DNA of 20,000 bases from an uncultured virus (IMG/VR IMGVR_UViG_3300021376_005091) (Duplodnaviria > Heunggongvirae > Uroviricota > Caudoviricetes). A program made the position numbers and the translations under genes. The notes under the pieces were generated by a model. The model did not search any database. It saw only the letters and a list, made by a program, of their open reading frames with translations, and was not told where the DNA came from. Of this stretch, positions 1-6,549 are shown one piece after another; position 1 is the first letter of the stretch; each line of letters starts with the position of its first letter. The stretch lies in IMG/VR virus record IMGVR_UViG_3300021376_005091, one strand, 5' to 3'.

Positions 1-2
1 TG

Positions 3-320
3 TACCTATCACATAGATTGAAAAAGGAGCACGCAGTGCTGGACGTGCGACTGAGGGATCATGCAGTCAAGCCCAACCTCTCTGTGCTGGAAAAAGAATA
101 CGCATTTCAGAAAAAGATTTTGATCATTGACGACATCAACGACACCGGAGCCACGTTCCAATACATCGTGGACAACTTTGGAAAACCTGAGCGTGTGCGT
201 TTTGCTGCTGTGGTCAATAACAAACCATCGCCTGTCAAAATGGACTACCAGGGCTACGAGATTGACAAAAGTCTACAGCCGCAGTGGGTGGTCTTTCCAT
301 GGGAGGAATGGCAAACCTAA
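3..320 (+). CDS. Type I phosphoribosyltransferase, xanthine-guanine PRTase (Gpt)-like; 5'-truncated by window edge
   Basis: The frame is open from position 3 (YLSHRLKKEH...), so the start lies upstream. It has the PRPP-binding loop ILIIDDINDTGAT and the Gpt-like C-terminal motif WVVFPWE. Confidence 0.85.
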   Translation, partial: YLSHRLKKEHAVLDVRLRDHAVKPNLSVLEKEYAFQKKILIIDDINDTGATFQYIVDNFGKPERVRFAAVVNNKPSPVKMDYQGYEIDKSLQPQWVVFPWEEWQT

Positions 321-331
321 AAAGGAGAAAC

Positions 332-973
332 ATGACAAACTATCTAAACAATCTGTTGAAAGATGTTGACCGTGGCCTGTTGCGGAATTTGGTGATATTC
401 CACACAGTGATCATTGCTATTAGCAATTATCTTGTGACCATACGCTTCAATCTCTTTGCAGAAAAGATCAACATACTGGGCTGGCAGACCAGCTTCCCAT
501 TGGCAGCTGCGGCCTTCACGTTCCCGCTGGTGGTGGTCGCAAGCGATCTCACCGTGCGGTTGGTGGGCAAGCACACCGCCAGGGCGGTGGTGGCCATGGC
601 CATGCTGCCCGCCATAGTGGCGTCGGTGGCTGTGCTTCTTATATTGAAGGACCCACACGCAATCAGAGTGGGCGTGGCATCCGGCACCGCATATGCAGTG
701 GGCACCATGCTGGACGTTTACGTGATGCAGTACATACGTGAGAAGTGGACCAGCAACTGGTGGCTGGCTCCGGCCCTCAGCACTGTGGCGGCCAACATCA
801 TTGACACCTACACATTCTTCTACACTGCGTTCTATCCGCAGCCGTGGGTGCATGCGGTGGCCTTCAACAACACCTTGGTCAAAATCATTGTGGGATTCAT
901 AATCTTTTTGCCCGCGTATGGAGTGTTGCTGATGTATCTGCAGAACAAGCTGCAGAGGAAACTGGTTGGATAG
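332..973 (+). CDS. yhhQ: Queuosine precursor (preQ0/preQ1) transporter, YhhQ/VUT family
   Basis: Multi-TM hydrophobic protein. Motifs FHTVIIAISNYLV, AFTFP..V.SDLTVRL.G..AR, GTMLDV.V, WWLAPALST..NIIDT..FF..AF and FLPAYGVLL parallel E. coli YhhQ as I recall it. The start is placed at ATG 332 behind the SD AGGAG (323-327) rather than at 284. Confidence 0.9.
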   Translation: MTNYLNNLLKDVDRGLLRNLVIFHTVIIAISNYLVTIRFNLFAEKINILGWQTSFPLAAAAFTFPLVVVASDLTVRLVGKHTARAVVAMAMLPAIVASVAVLLILKDPHAIRVGVASGTAYAVGTMLDVYVMQYIREKWTSNWWLAPALSTVAANIIDTYTFFYTAFYPQPWVHAVAFNNTLVKIIVGFIIFLPAYGVLLMYLQNKLQRKLVG

Positions 974-979
974 ATCATG

Positions 980-1007
980 AGGCAGGTGCCATTACCAGCA
1001 CCTGCCT
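980..1007 (+). terminator. Perfect 10-bp GC-rich hairpin after yhhQ (terminator or mRNA-stabilising stem)
   Basis: AGGCAGGTGC-CATTACCA-GCACCTGCCT. There is no proper U-tract on either strand, and its last base is the first base of the downstream -35 box. Confidence 0.5.
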
Positions 1008-1035
1008 TGACAAATCATCTAAATACAATTAAAAT
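1007..1035 (+). promoter_or_regulatory. sigma70-type promoter for the cupin/zf-CHCC/queE genes, probably leaderless
   Basis: TTGACA (1007-1012), 17-nt spacer, TAAAAT (1030-1035). ATG 1044 follows after 8 nt. The spacer also contains TAAATA (1020-1025). Confidence 0.7.
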
Positions 1036-1043
1036 GTGTGGAT

Positions 1044-1436
1044 ATGTCAAATAAGGCCGGCAAGATCTGGGGACAGACCGAACTGATACACGCCAATGGC
1101 GTGCTGGAATTCCACCGCATCGACTTCAGGGCGGGAGGAGTGTGCAGCAAACACCAGCACAAACACAAGTGGAACGGATTCTACGTGGTGTCAGGCCGGA
1201 TGAAGATCAAGGTCTGGCAGAGAGACCAGCAGGACCTCATCGACGAGACGATATTGGGACCCGGCGATTTCACCAAGGTCAAGCCAGGCTACTTCCATCT
1301 CTTCGAGGGAATAGAGGACGGCGTGGCCTTTGAACTGTACTGGGCAGAGTTCAATCATGATGACATTCAAAGAGAGACAGTGGGCCATTTCCGCAGCGGC
1401 AATGTGGTGAGGCTTGATAAAAAAGATAAAAGATGA
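1044..1436 (+). CDS. Cupin (RmlC-like beta-barrel) protein
   Basis: Cupin motif 1 GGVCSKHQHKHKWNGFYVVSGRM and motif 2 LGPGDFTKVKPGYFHLF. ATG 1044 is preferred over GTG 1038. Confidence 0.8.
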   Translation: MSNKAGKIWGQTELIHANGVLEFHRIDFRAGGVCSKHQHKHKWNGFYVVSGRMKIKVWQRDQQDLIDETILGPGDFTKVKPGYFHLFEGIEDGVAFELYWAEFNHDDIQRETVGHFRSGNVVRLDKKDKR

Positions 1437-1597
1437 TGGCTGAACAGGCTGTCGAGGTCGTCAACACCAGAGACATCAAATGTTTTGGAGATGACGACTG
1501 GGGTGGACACCCCACTGTATTTTACACAATAGGCAATAGTAACGAAGTCATTTGCGGATATTGCAATAAAAAATTCATATATGAACAGCAAGATTGA
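1433..1597 (+). CDS. Small CHCC-type zinc-finger protein (zf-CHCC; NDUFS6/NUMM-like), 54 aa, not in ORF track
   Basis: Manual translation: MMAEQAVEVVNTRDIKCFGDDDWGGHPTVFYTIGNSNEVICGYCNKKFIYEQQD*. Pattern is C-x-G...GHP-x-V-F...C-G-Y-C. It has an ATGA overlap with the cupin stop. Confidence 0.8.
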   Translation: MMAEQAVEVVNTRDIKCFGDDDWGGHPTVFYTIGNSNEVICGYCNKKFIYEQQD

Positions 1598-1727
1598 CGA
1601 AAACGAATACGAAGTGTACACTTTAGATGAGGACCCAGAAATTAAAAAAAAGAGAATGGGAAAATACACTGTGGAAGAGATATTAGAAGCGGTCGAGGCA
1701 TTGCATGAGCAAGATAAAAGTAGCTGA
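1581..1727 (+). CDS. Small acidic hypothetical protein, 48 aa, not in ORF track
   Basis: Manual translation: MNSKIDENEYEVYTLDEDPEIKKKRMGKYTVEEILEAVEALHEQDKSS*. It fills the gap between the zf-CHCC gene and queE and overlaps both. Confidence 0.55.
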   Translation: MNSKIDENEYEVYTLDEDPEIKKKRMGKYTVEEILEAVEALHEQDKSS

Positions 1728-2565
1728 ACTATTTTACAGCATACAGGGAGAGGGGCGCTACATGGGCGTGCCTTCGGTATTCCTGCGAACATTTGGCTGC
1801 AACTTCACCTGTGCCGGGTTCGGCCTACCCAAAGGGGTCAGGAGCGATGAAAATGACAAGGTGTACGAGCAACATAAAAAATTCCCATTCAAAGATTATC
1901 GAGAATTGCCTTTGGTCAGCACAGGCTGTGACAGCTATGCCTCCTGGGATCCTAGATTCAAGGACCTGTCTCCCATGCTGACGTCAGACGCCATAGTGGA
2001 GAGGACCATGGAGATATTGCCACACAAGCGATGGGTCGATGAGCATTTCATATTCACGGGCGGCGAGCCATTGCTGGGCTGGCAGAGAGCATATCCTGAT
2101 TTACTGGAGCACGGCAAGATGCAGGACCTCAGAGAGATCACTTTCGAGACCAATGGCACACAGAGACTTCATCAAGATTTCAAACGATATCTTTCACAGT
2201 GGAGTCACAGGCATGGTAGGAACAAAGATAGCATCACTTTCTCTGTGAGCGCAAAATTGAGCGTGAGCGGCGAGAAGCGAGAAGATGCCATTGTGCCCGA
2301 TGTGGTAGCGGAGTATGGTGAAGTGGGACATGTGTACTTGAAATTTGTGATCGTTGACATCAATGATGCCTATGAAGCCATAGAGGTCGTAAAGGAATAT
2401 AATAAAGCGGGATTCCGAGGTTCCGTTTATCTCATGCCCGTGGGTGGTGTGGAGAGCGTGTATCACATGAACAACAGGACAGTTGCAGAGCTGGCAATGA
2501 AAATGGGCTACAGATACAGCGATAGATTACAGGTGCCATTGTTCAAGAATGCTTGGGGAACGTAA
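1705..2565 (+). CDS. queE: 7-carboxy-7-deazaguanine synthase QueE (radical SAM), long-insertion variant
   Basis: N-terminal ELFYSIQGEG..G.PSVFLRTFGC, then GCNFTC-x38-CDSYASW, TGGEP, ETNGT and SVSAKL, ending in YSDRLQVPLF. yhhQ is nearby. Confidence 0.88.
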   Translation: MSKIKVAELFYSIQGEGRYMGVPSVFLRTFGCNFTCAGFGLPKGVRSDENDKVYEQHKKFPFKDYRELPLVSTGCDSYASWDPRFKDLSPMLTSDAIVERTMEILPHKRWVDEHFIFTGGEPLLGWQRAYPDLLEHGKMQDLREITFETNGTQRLHQDFKRYLSQWSHRHGRNKDSITFSVSAKLSVSGEKREDAIVPDVVAEYGEVGHVYLKFVIVDINDAYEAIEVVKEYNKAGFRGSVYLMPVGGVESVYHMNNRTVAELAMKMGYRYSDRLQVPLFKNAWGT

Positions 2566-2580
2566 TTTGGTAAATTTGGA

Positions 2581-2620
2581 TTGGAAAACAATTGATTTTT
2601 TCCAAAAACAGTTGTAAAAT
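2581..2620 (+). promoter_or_regulatory. sigma70-like promoter overlapped by an inverted repeat (candidate operator)
   Basis: TTGATT (2592-2597), 17 nt, TAAAAT (2615-2620), with ATG 2627 only 6 nt later. The inverted repeat TTGGAAAA (2581-2588) / TTTTCCAA (2598-2605) brackets the -35. Confidence 0.5.
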
Positions 2621-2626
2621 AAGGAT

Positions 2627-2929
2627 ATGAAAGTTAAAAAAACAAAAAATACAAAAGTTGAAAAGAGCGAAGAGCCCATGGTCAAGGTTCTGCAAGTGAA
2701 TGTGAATCCAGAAAATCCAAGAAATGGATTCTTTGAATTGGATTGGAATAATGAGTTTGTGAATATGTTGAAACAGAATGGCTACAAAGGTGCATCTGAA
2801 GAGGAAATAGTGGATCGTTGGTTTCAGAGCCTTTGCCGGACCATCGGCAACGAGCAAGGTGTGGATGTAACAGGTGCAGGTTATGTTCAAATCAATAGAA
2901 GAGATGACGGCAAGACTGAGGTATCATAG
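2627..2929 (+). CDS. Hypothetical phage protein
   Basis: 100-aa ORF in operon context. Lys-rich N-terminus and a globular core (EPMVKVL..NGFFELDWN..FV..L...GY.G..EEEIVDRWF). No function recognised. Confidence 0.75.
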   Translation: MKVKKTKNTKVEKSEEPMVKVLQVNVNPENPRNGFFELDWNNEFVNMLKQNGYKGASEEEIVDRWFQSLCRTIGNEQGVDVTGAGYVQINRRDDGKTEVS

Positions 2930-2931
2930 GT

Positions 2932-3915
2932 ATGACCCACATACTGGTAGATACCGCTAACACTTTTTTCCGAGCAAGGCACGTGATACGTGGCGATGCT
3001 TCTGAAAAGATCGGCATGGCCATACACATCACCCTAAATTCCATCAAGAAAGCCTGGAATGATTTTGACGGCACCCACGTAATATTCTGTTTGGAGGGAC
3101 GCAGCTGGAGGAAAGACCACTATGCTCCCTATAAGAGGAATCGAGCAGAAACAGTGCAGGCAATGACGGCGGCAGAGCAGGAAGAGAACAAACTGTTCTG
3201 GGAGTGCTATGATGATTTCGTGGATTTCGTAAGAACCAAGACCAACGTCACGGTGCTACAAAATGGCAGATGTGAGGCAGACGATCTCATAGCTCGTTGG
3301 ATTGATCTGCATCCTGATCAACAGCATGTTATCATAAGCACAGACAAAGATCTCAATCAGCTGATAGCTCCAAATGTTCGACAGTACAATGGTGTCACTG
3401 AAGAGACCATCACAGTGGCGGGCTATTTTGATAAAAAAGGCAATCCTGTGATCGACAATAAAACCAAACAGCACAAGAAAACAGAGAGTGCAGAATGGAC
3501 GATATTCGAAAAGGCCATGCGAGGCGATCCATCTGACAACATATTTTCAGCTTTCCCGGGAGTGCGCAAAAAAGGCACTAAAAACAAAGTGGGATTGTTG
3601 GAAGCATTTGAGGATAGGCTCAACAAAGGTTATGCCTGGAACAATCTCATGCTGAGCAAATGGATGGATCCTGAGGGGGTTGAACACAGAGTGATAGATG
3701 ATTACGAGCGCAACAGATTGCTGGTTGACTTGCATGCACAACCCGAAGCCATAATACAAGAACTGGATCAAACAATTGTCCAGGCCAAAGCAGAAAACAA
3801 ACAGATATCACAAGTGGGTATAAGATTCATGAGATTCTGTGCCAAATATGACCTGCAGAAGATCACGGAACAGGCACAGTTGTATGTGGAACCGTTCAAT
3901 GCGAGGTTGGCATGA
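2932..3915 (+). CDS. 5'-3' exonuclease / flap endonuclease, T4 RNase H (Rnh)-like
   Basis: FEN/PIN acidic motifs ILVDTAN..FR, EGRSWRK..Y.PYK.NR, EADDLIA, STDKDL.QL and GDPSDNI...PGV (H3TH). It is stand-alone, with no polymerase domain. Confidence 0.9.
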   Translation: MTHILVDTANTFFRARHVIRGDASEKIGMAIHITLNSIKKAWNDFDGTHVIFCLEGRSWRKDHYAPYKRNRAETVQAMTAAEQEENKLFWECYDDFVDFVRTKTNVTVLQNGRCEADDLIARWIDLHPDQQHVIISTDKDLNQLIAPNVRQYNGVTEETITVAGYFDKKGNPVIDNKTKQHKKTESAEWTIFEKAMRGDPSDNIFSAFPGVRKKGTKNKVGLLEAFEDRLNKGYAWNNLMLSKWMDPEGVEHRVIDDYERNRLLVDLHAQPEAIIQELDQTIVQAKAENKQISQVGIRFMRFCAKYDLQKITEQAQLYVEPFNARLA

Positions 3916-4424
3916 CCATGCGAGCAAAGATATTAGTAAAAGATAAATTTTGGATCATAGAAGAGAATGGCCAGAAATTGGGCACACTGCAAAGAAAAGA
4001 CGACAATGGTTGGATCTTCCTGGGCAAGAAAGATCAAAGACAGGAATATCCCACACAGGAAAGCCTGTACGCACGATTTGGCTCAGGCATATTTGCCACA
4101 GATATCACAGTGCCAGAAAATAAAGCGCCACACATCGAAACGGAATTTCAGGTGCATGGCTATACTTGCTCACAACAGCCTTACAATTCCATGTTTGACG
4201 TGCAAAAGCAACTGCCCGTTTACACCAAAACACCCAAAAGCCGCAGCTTGTTTTGTGCAGGCTATTATATCATCAGCTTCCCCAAAGGTTGGAGGAAAGC
4301 CTACTGTCCCAAGGTAATTACACTACAGAGATATGCATACAAAGGGCCTATCAAAACCAAAATAGAAATGCAACAGGTATTAAATGACGCAATCAAAGAG
4401 CAAGCTGCAAACTCAGCCCATTGA
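3912..4424 (+). CDS. Hypothetical phage protein
   Basis: 170-aa ORF with an ATGA overlap with the exonuclease stop. C-terminal part is LPVYTK..KSRSLFCAGYY.I.F..GW....CPK.ITL.RY.YKGP. Confidence 0.75.
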   Translation: MTMRAKILVKDKFWIIEENGQKLGTLQRKDDNGWIFLGKKDQRQEYPTQESLYARFGSGIFATDITVPENKAPHIETEFQVHGYTCSQQPYNSMFDVQKQLPVYTKTPKSRSLFCAGYYIISFPKGWRKAYCPKVITLQRYAYKGPIKTKIEMQQVLNDAIKEQAANSAH

Positions 4425-4635
4425 AGACTTCATAGCCAGAGTACGCACTGCCAAAAACAAGCAGGAAAAAAGTATTGTTTTGACCATGCAAGACGCCGAC
4501 CGTTTGGCATCTAGTTTGAGCCAAACCATGATGAGAATAGTGTCTGTGCAGGAAGATATGATCGAGGCATTGAAAACAGCACAGCAGGCTCAAACGATCA
4601 ACATAGAAATGGACGGCGGCAAGTTCAGCAAATAA
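4384..4635 (+). CDS. Hypothetical helical phage protein
   Basis: 83-aa ORF overlapping the upstream gene, helical-looking, ending in IEMDGGKF. Confidence 0.7.
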   Translation: MTQSKSKLQTQPIEDFIARVRTAKNKQEKSIVLTMQDADRLASSLSQTMMRIVSVQEDMIEALKTAQQAQTINIEMDGGKFSK

Positions 4636-4641
4636 TCTATC

Positions 4642-4660
4642 TGGTAAAAATTGGTAAATA
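4642..4660 (+). promoter_or_regulatory. Candidate phage late-type promoter (TAAATA core) with a TGGTAAA direct repeat
   Basis: TAAATA at 4655-4660 lies 12 nt before ATG 4673, with no SD. TGGTAAA occurs at 4642-4648 and 4652-4658. The resemblance to the T4 late TATAAATA core is inference. Confidence 0.4.
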
Positions 4661-4672
4661 CCTTGATAGATT

Positions 4673-4960
4673 ATGTCAAGACCAAAACCCACAGTGCTGT
4701 TGACTATCAGCAATAAAGAGACCTACAAGCAAGAAGAAGTTCTCGCTGCGGAAGGAATCTGGGCGGTATTTTACGATGGTAAACCCATCAATCTTAAAAG
4801 TGCCAGCTTGGTTTCCAATTACCCAGGTCCCAAGTACAAGAAAGTTTCTTTTTCCAACCCGGGACATGCGGAGAACCTGGCCAAGAAACTCAACACCATG
4901 CACAAGACTGACAAGTTTGGCGTGTACCTATTAAAGTCCGGCGAAAAATTCAAGCGATAA
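4673..4960 (+). CDS. Hypothetical basic phage protein
   Basis: 95-aa ORF: MSRPKPTVLL...WAVFYDGKPINL...GPKYKKVSFSNPGHA.NLAKKLN. Confidence 0.75.
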   Translation: MSRPKPTVLLTISNKETYKQEEVLAAEGIWAVFYDGKPINLKSASLVSNYPGPKYKKVSFSNPGHAENLAKKLNTMHKTDKFGVYLLKSGEKFKR

Positions 4961-4968
4961 TTAACAGT

Positions 4969-5364
4969 ATGGACGTCAAGACCGCCTATACTCGCACCTT
5001 CATGCAACTGCTGAATCAGCCCGACCATGAGGAAACTGTCAAGAGCTGTTATTACACTTGGTGGCAGAACGTGAGAGAAAGCTATCAGGCTAGGTCGTTG
5101 CGACTGACCAAGCAGGGGCTTGACATTGTAAAAAAATTAGAGATCAAAATCTACACAATCAAGTTCCCAGACAAGATCATCTTCACGCCACAGACCTTCC
5201 TATGGTTGGACGAATTTGTGGACTGCCCATATCATGTGGACAAGAAACAGATCACTGTCACAATGGAAAGAATGGCACTTCAGTTGATGATGTTTGCCGG
5301 TGACGTGACCAAATATGGGCTTGCCCGCGCCATGAGCAAGGCGGATGAGCAAAAAAGCCAATAA
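4969..5364 (+). CDS. Hypothetical phage protein
   Basis: 131-aa ORF in operon context (WWQN.R....SLRLT..G...LDEF.DCPY). Confidence 0.7.
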   Translation: MDVKTAYTRTFMQLLNQPDHEETVKSCYYTWWQNVRESYQARSLRLTKQGLDIVKKLEIKIYTIKFPDKIIFTPQTFLWLDEFVDCPYHVDKKQITVTMERMALQLMMFAGDVTKYGLARAMSKADEQKSQ

Positions 5365-5384
5365 TATCAATTGGTTAAATCAAC

Positions 5385-5412
5385 TTGACCTTATACGGTT
5401 TTATGCTATAAT
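5385..5412 (+). promoter_or_regulatory. Near-consensus sigma70 extended -10 promoter for the AAA/VWA operon
   Basis: TTGACC (5385-5390), 16 nt, TG-C-TATAAT (5404-5412). SD GAGAGG (5433-5438) precedes ATG 5446. Confidence 0.8.
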
Positions 5413-5445
5413 GGTAGTATAAACAAATTGTAGAGAGGTCTAAAA

Positions 5446-6549
5446 ATGGTGAGCAAAAAGGAAAAGAGCACAGCGGTTGGCTCTCAAAACAGAACCGTTA
5501 CTCCAAATGAGGCGAAGGCAGCATTATCGCACTGCATACAATTAAAGAGACCACTAATGATGTGGGGTGCTCCCGGTATTGGTAAATCTGATATCGTGAA
5601 ACAGGTGGCACAAGACCAAGATAGACAGGTGATAGACATAAGATTGCCTCTGTGGGAACCCACTGACATCAAAGGTATCCCCTATTACAATGCCAAGGAA
5701 AACAACATGGTATGGGCTCCTCCAGCTGAGCTGCCAACCAATCCCGAATCCACCGATATTATATTCCTAGATGAACTCAATTCCGCTGCGCCTGCTGTGC
5801 AGGCGGCAGCATATCAGCTGATTCTCAACCGCAGAGTGGGGCAGTATCACCTGCCAGCGGGCGTGGCCATTGTGGCCGCGGGCAACAGAGACGCAGACAA
5901 GGGAGTGACCTACAGGATGCCAGCGCCGCTCGCCAACAGGTTCGTACACATCGAACTGCGAGTGGACTATGATGACTGGATGCAGTGGGCTACCATGCAC
6001 CACATACACCCTGACGTGGTGGGCTATGTCACATTCGCCAAACAAGATTTATATGATTTTGATCCCAAGGGATCATCACGCTCTTTCGCGACTCCTAGAT
6101 CATGGAGTTTCGTAAGCCAACTTCTATCGGACAGCCTGCCTGAAAGTACGCTCACTGACCTCGTGGCGGGCGCAGTAGGAGAGGGACTGGCCGTTAAGTT
6201 TATGAACCATCGTAAAATTAGCGGCCAACTACCTAACCCATCCGACATACTGAGCGGCAAGGTCAAGGACCTTAAGGCCAAGGAGATATCAGCGATGTAT
6301 TCGCTCACCGTTAGCCTGTGCTACGAATTGCAACAGTCACACATCAACAAGGAGAGGAACTGGAATGACAAGGCAGATCGTTTCTTCGACTACATGATGG
6401 ACAATTTTGAGACCGAACTAGTGGTCATGGGAGCCAAGATAGCGCTGACCAACTACAAGCTGCCATTCGATCCCAGCAAACTTAAATCATTCGACAGATT
6501 CCACAAAAAATTTGGCAAGTACGTAATAACTGCCATGGAGTCAAAGTGA
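5446..6549 (+). CDS. MoxR-like AAA+ ATPase
   Basis: Walker A GAPGIGKS, Walker B IIFLDELN, sensor AAGN, Arg finger PAPLANRF and TPRSW. It is followed by a VWA partner. Confidence 0.9.
   Translation: MVSKKEKSTAVGSQNRTVTPNEAKAALSHCIQLKRPLMMWGAPGIGKSDIVKQVAQDQDRQVIDIRLPLWEPTDIKGIPYYNAKENNMVWAPPAELPTNPESTDIIFLDELNSAAPAVQAAAYQLILNRRVGQYHLPAGVAIVAAGNRDADKGVTYRMPAPLANRFVHIELRVDYDDWMQWATMHHIHPDVVGYVTFAKQDLYDFDPKGSSRSFATPRSWSFVSQLLSDSLPESTLTDLVAGAVGEGLAVKFMNHRKISGQLPNPSDILSGKVKDLKAKEISAMYSLTVSLCYELQQSHINKERNWNDKADRFFDYMMDNFETELVVMGAKIALTNYKLPFDPSKLKSFDRFHKKFGKYVITAMESK
6061..6227 (+). other. Cluster of four consecutive RNA hairpins inside the AAA ATPase CDS
   Basis: Manually paired stems: 6061-65/6070-74; 6088-95/6104-13; 6121-26/6176-81 enclosing 6134-40/6165-71; 6188-6205/6210-27. 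Several pairs are G-U. Confidence 0.45.

Noticed and set aside
284..331. Longer N-terminus for yhhQ (start at 284)
   Set aside because: It overlaps the PRTase C-terminus. ATG 332 has a clear SD and matches the expected YhhQ length.
1641..1651. Poly-A run as a possible frameshift or phase-variation site (also 8123-8140 and 8911-8919)
   Set aside because: The runs encode Lys stretches in intact ORFs, and no alternative frame gives a convincing fusion.
1705..2565. Anaerobic ribonucleotide reductase activase NrdG as an alternative call
   Set aside because: The SIQGEG, ETNGT, S.KL and R.Q motifs and the yhhQ neighbour favour QueE. No nrdD is adjacent.
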